This document shows, piece by piece, positions 18,409 to 26,485 of a DNA stretch of 64,000 nt. The DNA lies in NCBI GenBank assembly GCA_964583095.1, contig CAZOVB010000011.1, positions 26,134-90,133 of the forward strand, given 5' to 3'. The position numbers and the translations under genes were made by a program. The notes under the pieces were generated by a model that saw only the letters and a program-made list of their open reading frames with translations, did no database searches and was not told the origin of the DNA. The stretch comes from an uncultured Planctomycetaceae bacterium (GTDB lineage: Bacteria > Planctomycetota > Phycisphaerae > SM23-33). The first letter of the stretch is position 1; each line of letters opens with the position of its first letter.

Positions 18409-19935
18409 ATGATTCCGGTCAGAACGACTTCCCGACAGATCGAGACCATCGCCCGCTGGCTGTGGGTGGTACTGGTTTGCATATCGGCCCTTGGCTGGTG
18501 GAGGCCCGGTCTGGCCCTGTGGGGAGTCTTCACCGCGGGCATCTGGACAGCGCTGACCCTATGGCTCTGGTCGCGAACCTGCGGCAACCGGCGGAAGGTC
18601 CCCTTGCAGGTGATGCAGGCCGGTTTGGTCTTCGCCGCGGGGGTCATCGCCCACCACGCACTTGAGAGCAGTTTCTCGATGCCCGCCCAAGGGCCTTACG
18701 ATCTGTCAGGCGCCCTGGAGGTCTCGATTCTTCACCATCTCCTGCTGATCGGTCTGGGGTTGATGATCACGCAGGATCTGCTTCCGCGAGGCCCAGGCCA
18801 CGGGCGTTCCATTCTCGCCTGCGCCCTGGCCATCGCGGTAGGGCCCGCCCTGGCGGTAAGTGCCGCCTCCGTTTCGCAAGGGCGTGACGGGCTTGTGCTG
18901 TTGGGTCTTGCCGGCACTGCGGCGATGGGAGCCAGTTGGTGGTTTGTCGAATCGGCTTTCAGGTCTGCAAGGGAAGGGGCCGCTGTCCGACGCCGGCCCC
19001 AGCGCCTGCCGGCGGTTTTCGCAATTGCGATGGCGGCGTGGCTGATCGTTCTGTCTCCGCAGGCGGCCGGGCTGGGGCTGATCCCCTCGGGAGTCCTCCT
19101 TGTATGCGCAAGCCTGTCCTGGAAGCTCCGAAGGAGAGTCCTGTGTCCACTGGGAGCCGCCTTGGCGGCAGGGGGCGTGATCCTGGCCTGGAACCGGCAG
19201 TGGAAGCTGCCCGATGCAGCGATCCGCCTATTCGGCAGGGGCGAGGCGGGTATGGTCCGGTTGGATCCTGCCGCCGACAGTCTGGCGGTGCTTCTGGAGG
19301 CGGTGGGGCTGGTGGGAGTGGGGGCCCTGGTTCTCGGCGGACTGGGGGCAATTCTGTCAGGGCTCTGGAGCCTGAGGAACCGCACCGCCCGGGAGCAGTA
19401 TCGAGGCCTGATCTGGATGGCCGGCTGTCTCTGCTCGGCCCTGGCGTTGCTGGTTTCGGGCGGCCTGTACGTGCCGGCCTGCTCGGTGGGTATGATCTTC
19501 TTCTGGGGGCTGCTGCCTGCGTTTTCGGCCCGGCCTGTGCGTCACATTCCAGCCGTGCTTTTCGTTGGGGTTCTGATGGGCTACTTCCTGCTGATGGGGA
19601 TCCTGCGCGGCCAGGGCCTCGCGGTCTGGTCGATGACGGCCTTCGGGGCCGATGATCGATTCCTTCATCTCTTTGGTGGATTCATGATGTCCTCAGTCCT
19701 GGCCTGGTGGATTGGCAGCCGAAGGCTCTGGCTGGGGCTGGGAGCGATCGGCCTGGCCGTGGCCGCCGGGGCCGCCGGAGAGTGGGTCCAGGGGCGATAC
19801 ACTGCGCGAAGCAACGAGTGGCAGGACTTCACCTACCACGGGCTGGGATGTGCGATCAGCGTGCTGCCGTATCTGCTGTGCATGGGCGCGCGTCTTTGCG
19901 AGCGCAAGCAGGAGCAGACCGCTTCGGGCGCATAA
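18409..19935 (+). CDS. Polytopic membrane protein with a C-terminal VanZ-like domain
   Basis: At least 10 predicted TM helices. The C-terminal segment DDRFLHLFGGFMM...GEWVQGR...EWQDFTYHGLG resembles the VanZ family. Confidence 0.55.
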   Translation: MIPVRTTSRQIETIARWLWVVLVCISALGWWRPGLALWGVFTAGIWTALTLWLWSRTCGNRRKVPLQVMQAGLVFAAGVIAHHALESSFSMPAQGPYDLSGALEVSILHHLLLIGLGLMITQDLLPRGPGHGRSILACALAIAVGPALAVSAASVSQGRDGLVLLGLAGTAAMGASWWFVESAFRSAREGAAVRRRPQRLPAVFAIAMAAWLIVLSPQAAGLGLIPSGVLLVCASLSWKLRRRVLCPLGAALAAGGVILAWNRQWKLPDAAIRLFGRGEAGMVRLDPAADSLAVLLEAVGLVGVGALVLGGLGAILSGLWSLRNRTAREQYRGLIWMAGCLCSALALLVSGGLYVPACSVGMIFFWGLLPAFSARPVRHIPAVLFVGVLMGYFLLMGILRGQGLAVWSMTAFGADDRFLHLFGGFMMSSVLAWWIGSRRLWLGLGAIGLAVAAGAAGEWVQGRYTARSNEWQDFTYHGLGCAISVLPYLLCMGARLCERKQEQTASGA

Positions 19936-19937
19936 AG

Positions 19938-19969
19938 CAGGCCGCCGGTCGCGATGGATCGACGGCCTG
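19938..19969. terminator. GC-rich inverted repeat between convergent genes (VanZ-like on plus, UDP-sugar dehydrogenase on minus)
   Basis: CAGGCCGCCGGTCG...CGACGGCCTG stem, followed by GTATTGTCTT on the plus strand. Confidence 0.35.
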
Positions 19970-19994
19970 GGTATTGTCTTGCCCGGGGCGGCGG

Positions 19995-21311
19995 TCAGGC
20001 CTGGACGATCTTGCTTCGTCCGCGTTTGACGCCCTTGGTAGCGTTGCGGGTATCGACAACCAGTTGAGCGTTGTCGACGATCTCCTGGTAGTCGTAGTCG
20101 CTGTGATCGGTGCTGATCACGACCGCGTCGTACTGGGCCAGGGACTTTGCATCCACCGGCTTGGAGACCATCTTGAGGTTGTACTCCCGCATGGGTGAGG
20201 TCTTGGGCACGTGGGGATCATTGTAGCTGACCTTCGCGCCGCGATGCTTGAGCAGCTCGATCAACTCCAGTGAAGGACTCTCGCGAACGTCGTCGATGTC
20301 CTTCTTGTAGGCCAGACCCAGAATGAGAATCTTCGAGTTCTTCAGGGCCTTGCACCGGTCGTTGAGAGCTTCCATGAGCTTGTGGATGACAAACAGGGGC
20401 ATGGAGACATTGACCTCGCCGGCCAGCTCGATAAACCGCGTGGCCAGCCCGTACTCCCGCGCCTTCCAGGACAGGTAGAACGGGTCGATCGGGATGCAGT
20501 GGCCTCCAAGTCCCGGGCCCGGGTAGAACGGCGTAAAGCCGAAGGGCTTGGTCGAGGCCGCCCGGATCACCTCCCAGACATTGATGTCCATCCGGTCAAA
20601 GAGCGTCTTGAGTTCGTTGACCAGGGCGATGTTCACGCAGCGGTAGGTGTTTTCGAGGATCTTGCTCGCCTCGGCTGCCTCGCAACTGGAGACCGGCACG
20701 ACGGTGTCGATGGCGATTTCGTAGCAGGCCTCTGCCACCTTTCGTGAGGGTGCATCGTACCCCCCGACCACCTTGGGGATCGTCTGGGTGGTGTAGTCCT
20801 TGCGACCCGGGTCCTCGCGTTCGGGGCTGTAGGCCAGGTAGAAGTCGGTCCCGACCTTCAGGCCGGATTCTTCCAGGATCGGGAGCATGACTTCCCGCGT
20901 GGTTCCCGGATACGTTGTGGATTCCAGGACGATCAACTGACCCTTGCGAAGATACTGGGCGATCTGACGGGCCGTGCCCTCGACGTAGGACATGTCCGGT
21001 TCGCGCATCTTGGTCAGTGGCGTGGGAACGCAGATCAGGATGGCATCGGCCTCGGGAATGCGGGAGAAATCGGTCGTGGCATCAAAGAGGTTCGAATCCA
21101 CGATGTTCTTGATCACGCTGGAAGGAATGTGCTCGATGTAGCTTTTTCCCTTCTTGAGCGATTGGACCTTGTTCTGATCAATATCGAAGCCCAAAACTTT
21201 GGCCCCGCCCCGGGTGAATTCCCGTACAAGAGGCAGGCCGACGTATCCCAGCCCGACTACGCCGATCCGGGCCTCGAGGTCTCGCATTTTCTGGATGAGT
21301 TCCTGGCTCAC
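19995..21311 (-). CDS. Nucleotide-sugar dehydrogenase (UDP-glucose/GDP-mannose dehydrogenase family; WbpA/WecC-like)
   Basis: N-terminal NAD-binding motif GVVGLGYVGLPL, catalytic Cys region GGHCIP.D, and a C-terminal UDP-binding domain. Confidence 0.85.
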   Translation of the reverse strand: MSQELIQKMRDLEARIGVVGLGYVGLPLVREFTRGGAKVLGFDIDQNKVQSLKKGKSYIEHIPSSVIKNIVDSNLFDATTDFSRIPEADAILICVPTPLTKMREPDMSYVEGTARQIAQYLRKGQLIVLESTTYPGTTREVMLPILEESGLKVGTDFYLAYSPEREDPGRKDYTTQTIPKVVGGYDAPSRKVAEACYEIAIDTVVPVSSCEAAEASKILENTYRCVNIALVNELKTLFDRMDINVWEVIRAASTKPFGFTPFYPGPGLGGHCIPIDPFYLSWKAREYGLATRFIELAGEVNVSMPLFVIHKLMEALNDRCKALKNSKILILGLAYKKDIDDVRESPSLELIELLKHRGAKVSYNDPHVPKTSPMREYNLKMVSKPVDAKSLAQYDAVVISTDHSDYDYQEIVDNAQLVVDTRNATKGVKRGRSKIVQA

Positions 21312-21498
21312 TGGTTTCTCCTGCTGGAAATTGTGTTGGTACGCAAGCCAATCCTGCTTGCCGCGTATCTGCCTTATCGGAAAAGGGATGGCTCTTGCGC
21401 AAGCTTCGCTCCGGAGGCCTTGGACAAGAAACGGGCTCGATATGATACCGCACCGCGATTATCGGCGGCAATGAAAAGATCCCCTCTCCCGAGGAGCT

Positions 21499-22230
21499 TC
21501 AGCAATCCTTTGCAAAGTCATCCACGACGCTGTGGGCGATCCGCTGGAGTTGGGAAGCTGTATCGGCGGGCAGGTCGTAGACGATCCGGCCGGAATCGTC
21601 GCGGATCTGATCGAGCCTTGCCGGCAGATCGATACAGCTTTGCCCCGTCAGCGTTTCCAGCAGAACACAGGCCGAGAGATACGAGCCGGCAGGGGTGGGA
21701 TGGCTGCCGTCGGCTTCGTGCAGGACCAACTCCGGCAGTTGCCCCCTGGCATCGGCCCAGGCCTGGCCGACAGGAGCCAGATCCGCTCCCAGTTCGGCTG
21801 CGATCTTACGGTAGGCTCCGGTCAGGATCATCTGCTGCTCGGGCTTGTCCCGCCGGGCCCAGGTCAGATAAAAGACGATTCGATTACACCCCGAAGTGTG
21901 AATTCGCTGGGCCAGCAGGGCTGCGTGAGCATAGAAAGATTCCGGCTGCAGGACAGGATCCATGCTCTGGCCCTGGAGGACAGCCACGTCGGGCCTGGCG
22001 TCCAGTGCCCGGTCGAGCCCGCCCACCCGCTGGGGATCCAGTTCCGGGCAGAACCCGCAGCGCTGCTCGGAGAGACCCAGGTTGTCGGACCAGTGGGTTT
22101 GGAGGCTCGCGCCGCCTCGTAGATACTCCTGGAGTTGGATGGGGGTGTCCCGAAACGAGGCCATTGCAGCAACCGCCTGTGGCAGTTGGTGGAAGAACGT
22201 GTAGCTGTTGCCGACAAACAGGACTTTCAA
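21499..22230 (-). CDS. SGNH/GDSL-like hydrolase (DUF4886-like)
   Basis: N-terminus KVLFVGNSYTF (the GNSxT block I). About 240 aa. Confidence 0.6.
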   Translation of the reverse strand: MKVLFVGNSYTFFHQLPQAVAAMASFRDTPIQLQEYLRGGASLQTHWSDNLGLSEQRCGFCPELDPQRVGGLDRALDARPDVAVLQGQSMDPVLQPESFYAHAALLAQRIHTSGCNRIVFYLTWARRDKPEQQMILTGAYRKIAAELGADLAPVGQAWADARGQLPELVLHEADGSHPTPAGSYLSACVLLETLTGQSCIDLPARLDQIRDDSGRIVYDLPADTASQLQRIAHSVVDDFAKDC

Positions 22231-22234
22231 GCGG

Positions 22235-22897
22235 CTACTCCTCAGGCCATCCCTGACGGCCGATGAGTTTGACGAATCGTACGTCGCCCAGACTTTCCTG
22301 GAGGATCTTACCTTGATGTTTTGTCACGAGGCAAAGCTTTTGTGCGTGCCGGGGACCGATGGGGGCCACGATTCTGCCTCCCTCGGCCAGTTGCTCGATC
22401 CAGGCGGAGGGCACTTCCGGTCCGGCCGCTCCGCAGACGATCCTGTCGTAGGGCGCGTGTTCCTCCCAGCCCAGCGTTCCGTCGCTGCAACGAAGCTGGA
22501 CATTGGAGATACCCACGTCCTGCAGGGCTTGTTGGGCGGCATCGGCCAAGGCCTGGATGCGTTCGATCGCATAAACGTGTTTGCTGAGCTTGGCCAGCAG
22601 GGCGGTCTGGTACCCGCTGCCGGCTCCGACATCCAGGACCACATGATCCGGCTGGAGCTTCAGGGCTTTGAGGGTCATCGCGACCACGTAAGGCTGGGAG
22701 ATCGTCTGCTCGTGGCCGATGGGTACGGGCTGATCGGCCCAGGCGAGATGCCCTTTTTCGGCGGGGACGAACCGTTCGCGCGGCACTTCGCGCATCGCCT
22801 GGAGGATGGCCGGGTCGTCAATACCCCGCGCCTGGATCTGTCGCGTGACCATCTGTTGCCGTCGAATTTCCGGATTGTCGTTCGATGTTGTCATCAT
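22235..22897 (-). CDS. pcm: Protein-L-isoaspartate O-methyltransferase
   Basis: SAM-binding motif VLDVGAGSGYQTA, plus the ISQPY..A and RIVCGAAG signatures of PIMT. Confidence 0.9.
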   Translation of the reverse strand: MMTTSNDNPEIRRQQMVTRQIQARGIDDPAILQAMREVPRERFVPAEKGHLAWADQPVPIGHEQTISQPYVVAMTLKALKLQPDHVVLDVGAGSGYQTALLAKLSKHVYAIERIQALADAAQQALQDVGISNVQLRCSDGTLGWEEHAPYDRIVCGAAGPEVPSAWIEQLAEGGRIVAPIGPRHAQKLCLVTKHQGKILQESLGDVRFVKLIGRQGWPEE

Positions 22898-22953
22898 ACA
22901 GGATTATACTCGCTCCAGACGGGCATCTCAGCCCCGCACAATGGAGAAAAGAA

Positions 22954-23769
22954 GTGGCTCGGAAGAACCCGGTTGTAACATTACTGACGGATTTCGGCGC
23001 AAATGGTCCCTATGTCCCGGCCATGAAGGCCATGATCCTGCGTATCTGCCCCCAGGCGACGATCGTGGATCTGACCCACGAGATCGACGCCCACGATATC
23101 TGGTCCGGAGCGTTCCTGCTGGACCAGGCCAGTCGCGAATTCGGTCCTGAGAGCGTACACGTGGCGGTGGTCGATCCGGGGGTGGGTTCGAAGCGGCTGG
23201 GACTGGCCGGGAAATTCGATGGCCGCTATTACGTATTCCCCGACAACGGGGTCATCAGCTTCGTTCAGGCCCGGACGACCTGCCAGGGACTGGTGACCTT
23301 GCGGAACCAGCAGTATATGCGGCAGGAAGGCATTTCACTGACCTTCCACGGCCGGGATATCTTCGCACCGGTCGCAGCGCACCTGGCTTCGGGAGTCGCG
23401 ATGGAGAAGTTGGGTCCTACGCCTGATCGTTACACGCTGCTCGAAACGCCCCAGCCCCAGGAGTCGGATGGGATCCTTTACGGGAAGATCATCTACATCG
23501 ACCGGTTCGGCAACTGCGTAAGCAACCTGCCCGTGGGCCTGCTCGAGAGCTTTTTCGACAACCTCGAGACGGTCGAAGTCTGGTGCAAGCAGAGCCGCGT
23601 GGGCAAGCTGGCCGGGACCTACAGCTTCGTCGAGCCCGGCAAGGGCCTGGCGCTTGTCAACTCGATGGGCCTGCTGGAGGTCGCCGCCAACCAGGCTCGG
23701 GCCGACGGTATCTACGATGCCCGCCTCGGCGATGCGATTCGTGTCATACCCCAGGGAAGGGAAGGATAG
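22954..23769 (+). CDS. SAM hydroxide adenosyltransferase family protein (DUF62; SAM hydrolase / halogenase-like fold)
   Basis: N-terminus VTLLTDFG..GPYV..MK..I and the internal motifs VVDPGVGS and IYIDRFGN. GTG start at 22954. Confidence 0.7.
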   Translation: MARKNPVVTLLTDFGANGPYVPAMKAMILRICPQATIVDLTHEIDAHDIWSGAFLLDQASREFGPESVHVAVVDPGVGSKRLGLAGKFDGRYYVFPDNGVISFVQARTTCQGLVTLRNQQYMRQEGISLTFHGRDIFAPVAAHLASGVAMEKLGPTPDRYTLLETPQPQESDGILYGKIIYIDRFGNCVSNLPVGLLESFFDNLETVEVWCKQSRVGKLAGTYSFVEPGKGLALVNSMGLLEVAANQARADGIYDARLGDAIRVIPQGREG

Positions 23770-23774
23770 CGTTC

Positions 23775-25139
23775 ATGGAAGGATCCCCGCAGGCCTTCGA
23801 TCCGGAGCGGATCGTGCAGATGGACAAACGGTATGTGTGGCATCCGTTTACGCCCATGAAGCAGTACATGGAATCCGAGGCCCCGATGATCACCGATGCC
23901 GAGGGATTCGAGTTGATCGATGTCCACGGCAGGCGGTTCATCGACGGCTTCGGCAGCCTCTGGTGCAATCTCCACGGCCACCGCGTAGAGCAGATAGACC
24001 AGGCCATCCAGGACCAGCTTGGGCGTGTTGCGCATACGACCCTGCTCGGCCACGGTTCGCCCCCCAGTGCCCGGTTGGCGCGGAAGCTCGTTCAAGCCAG
24101 CCCCTCGGGGTTGCGGAAGGTCTTTTACAGCGACAGCGGCGCCACAGCGGTGGAGGTCGCACAGAAGATGGCCTTCCAGTACTTCCACAACAAGGGCCAG
24201 ACCCTCCGGACACGGTTCATCGCATTTGATCAGGGGTATCACGGAGATACCATCGGGGCTGTCAGCGTCGGCGGGATCGACGCTTTCCACAGAATCTTCA
24301 GCCCGTTGCTCTTCGAAACCTTCCTGGTCGACAGTCCGTGTCCCTATCGCCACCCGGCAGGGGCGGATGCAGGGCAGGCGGTCCTGGAACAGGTCGAAAA
24401 GATCTTCGAGCAGCACCCCGGCCGGATCTGTGCGTTGATCGTCGAGCCGCGCATCCAGGGAGCCGGGGGCATGCTCACCCATCCCGACGGGTTCCTAAGA
24501 GGCCTGCGGGAGATCACCCGACGACATGAGAGTTTCCTGATCGCCGATGAAGTCGCCACCGGATTCGCGCGCACCGGCAAGCTCTTTGCCTGCGGGCACG
24601 AGCAGGTCTGTCCGGATCTGATGTGCCTGGGCAAGGGCCTGACCGGTGGATACCTGCCCGTAGCGGCCACCCTGACCACCCAGGAGATCTTTGACGGTTT
24701 CTGCGGGGAGATCGCCGAGGACAAGACCTTCTATCACGGGCATACCTATACCGGAAACGCCCTGGGATGTGCGGCCGGGGTGGCGAGTTTCGATCTGATC
24801 TTCTCCAGTGGATTGCTGGAATCGCTGCCGGCCAAGATCGACCTGATCGCCGACGGACTTTCGCCCCTGTCCGATCATCCCCGCGTGGGGCAGATCCGCC
24901 AGGCCGGCATGATGGTCGGCATCGAACTGGTCGAGGACCGCCGGACCAAACAGCGATTCGACCCCCGCCGCAGGATCGGCCCAGCCGTTTGTGCCGCCGC
25001 CAAGGCCGAGGGCATCATCACCCGGCCACTGGGCGACGTGATTACCTTGATGCCCGCCCCGGCCATGGATTGCGCGACGCTCAAGCGCCTGGTGGATGGG
25101 ATCGTCTCCACGATTCGGAGGTTCTTCCAGGGATGTTGA
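23775..25139 (+). CDS. bioA: Adenosylmethionine-8-amino-7-oxononanoate aminotransferase
   Basis: Class III PLP aminotransferase. The IADEV.TGF.RTGK segment carries the PLP-lysine. YVWHPFT N-terminus typical of BioA. Confidence 0.85.
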   Translation: MEGSPQAFDPERIVQMDKRYVWHPFTPMKQYMESEAPMITDAEGFELIDVHGRRFIDGFGSLWCNLHGHRVEQIDQAIQDQLGRVAHTTLLGHGSPPSARLARKLVQASPSGLRKVFYSDSGATAVEVAQKMAFQYFHNKGQTLRTRFIAFDQGYHGDTIGAVSVGGIDAFHRIFSPLLFETFLVDSPCPYRHPAGADAGQAVLEQVEKIFEQHPGRICALIVEPRIQGAGGMLTHPDGFLRGLREITRRHESFLIADEVATGFARTGKLFACGHEQVCPDLMCLGKGLTGGYLPVAATLTTQEIFDGFCGEIAEDKTFYHGHTYTGNALGCAAGVASFDLIFSSGLLESLPAKIDLIADGLSPLSDHPRVGQIRQAGMMVGIELVEDRRTKQRFDPRRRIGPAVCAAAKAEGIITRPLGDVITLMPAPAMDCATLKRLVDGIVSTIRRFFQGC

Positions 25140-25939
25140 ACGACTTTGACGCTTCGAGCTATCCCGAGCTGCCCCGCCTCAAGGGCGTATTTGTTACCGG
25201 GACCGACACGGATGTGGGCAAAACCTTGATCGCAGGGGCCATCGCCCGATCCCTCCGGAAGGATTCACGCAGGGTAGAGGTCTTCAAGCCCGCTGCCAGC
25301 GGCTGTCGGAAGGACCGCGAGGGCCTCATCAGCGCCGATGCGGAATTCCTGGCCGCCTGCGCCGATTCCCGCCGGTCACTGGCCCAGATCACCCCGGTGC
25401 GGTTTCACAGCGCTCTGGCCCCCAACGTCGCAGCGGAGAAGGAATCACGCCCGGTGGATCTGTCCGAGATCTTTCGCAGCTACTGCCGGCTCGAGGGCAA
25501 TTGCGACGCGGTGGTCGTGGAAGGAGTGGGGGGGCTGCTGTGCCCGATTCGCGAGGACTTCTGGGTAATCCATTTTGCCCGCCTGACGGGGCTTCCGTTG
25601 GTGATCGTCGCCCGGCCCGGGCTGGGGACGATCAACCACACGCTCCTGACGCTCCACGCGGCTGACAGCATGGGCATCCAGGTGGCCGGGGTGATCATCA
25701 ACCGCTATCCGGTGGAGCCGGAGGACCCGCGGCGAAAGCGGGAAGGTGAGCCGGCACAGGTCGATGACAGCGATTACGCGGTGCAGACCAATCCCCGACA
25801 GATTGCGCTGCGGGGCAAGACGAAGATCCTGGCCCTGGTTCCCGACGAGGCGGACAATTCGGTGGAGAACATCACCATCGGCCGCGACACGCAGTACGTG
25901 GTGGACCAGGTGAACTGGTCACGGATTCTGGACCTGTAG
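25133..25939 (+). CDS. bioD: Dethiobiotin synthetase
   Basis: P-loop GTDTDVGKT and the E.GG motif (VVVEGVGGLLCP). Overlaps bioA by 8 bp. Confidence 0.85.
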   Translation: MLNDFDASSYPELPRLKGVFVTGTDTDVGKTLIAGAIARSLRKDSRRVEVFKPAASGCRKDREGLISADAEFLAACADSRRSLAQITPVRFHSALAPNVAAEKESRPVDLSEIFRSYCRLEGNCDAVVVEGVGGLLCPIREDFWVIHFARLTGLPLVIVARPGLGTINHTLLTLHAADSMGIQVAGVIINRYPVEPEDPRRKREGEPAQVDDSDYAVQTNPRQIALRGKTKILALVPDEADNSVENITIGRDTQYVVDQVNWSRILDL

Positions 25940-25943
25940 CTTC

Positions 25944-26420
25944 TTACCGTTTGACGGATTCTTCGATGAAGTCGGTCAGGGCGACGGGGCCGTCGGATTC
26001 GTACTTGCGGCAGGCGCTTCGGAGCTGCATGTCAAGGTATCCACGGCTTTGGGCGCCGACCCAACGGCGGACCTCCAGGCCGCGATGGAACAGACAGAGG
26101 GTGGGCAGGACGTCGATGCCGAACTTCTTCTTCCATCCCGGGGCGTGGACCACGTCGATCTGTCGGACGCTCACCCGGCCCTGGTAGTCTTCCTGGAGTT
26201 CCCTCAAGACGTGCTGCAGGGAGCGGGAGGACAGTTCGTCGGGAGCTTCGAAGCTGACCAGAATCAGCTCCGAAGAGGCGTCCAGGACGTAGTTGTCCGG
26301 ATCGTCCGGATCGACGCGCCCGGTCTGTACGCATCCGGTCAGCAGAACGACAAGCATGGCTCCGGCTATGACGTACAGCCAGTACCGAAGCGTCCCCTTC
26401 TGTGCGATGGTAAGGCTCAT
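25944..26420 (-). CDS. Thioredoxin-like fold lipoprotein
   Basis: Lipobox LLTGC, and a thioredoxin-like beta-alpha-beta core. Confidence 0.45.
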   Translation of the reverse strand: MSLTIAQKGTLRYWLYVIAGAMLVVLLTGCVQTGRVDPDDPDNYVLDASSELILVSFEAPDELSSRSLQHVLRELQEDYQGRVSVRQIDVVHAPGWKKKFGIDVLPTLCLFHRGLEVRRWVGAQSRGYLDMQLRSACRKYESDGPVALTDFIEESVKR

Positions 26421-26485
26421 GATACCCTCGGTGTCTCGATGGCGGCTGCTCTTGCCGAAGCAGCCTGTCCGGTGTTCCTGGGTAT

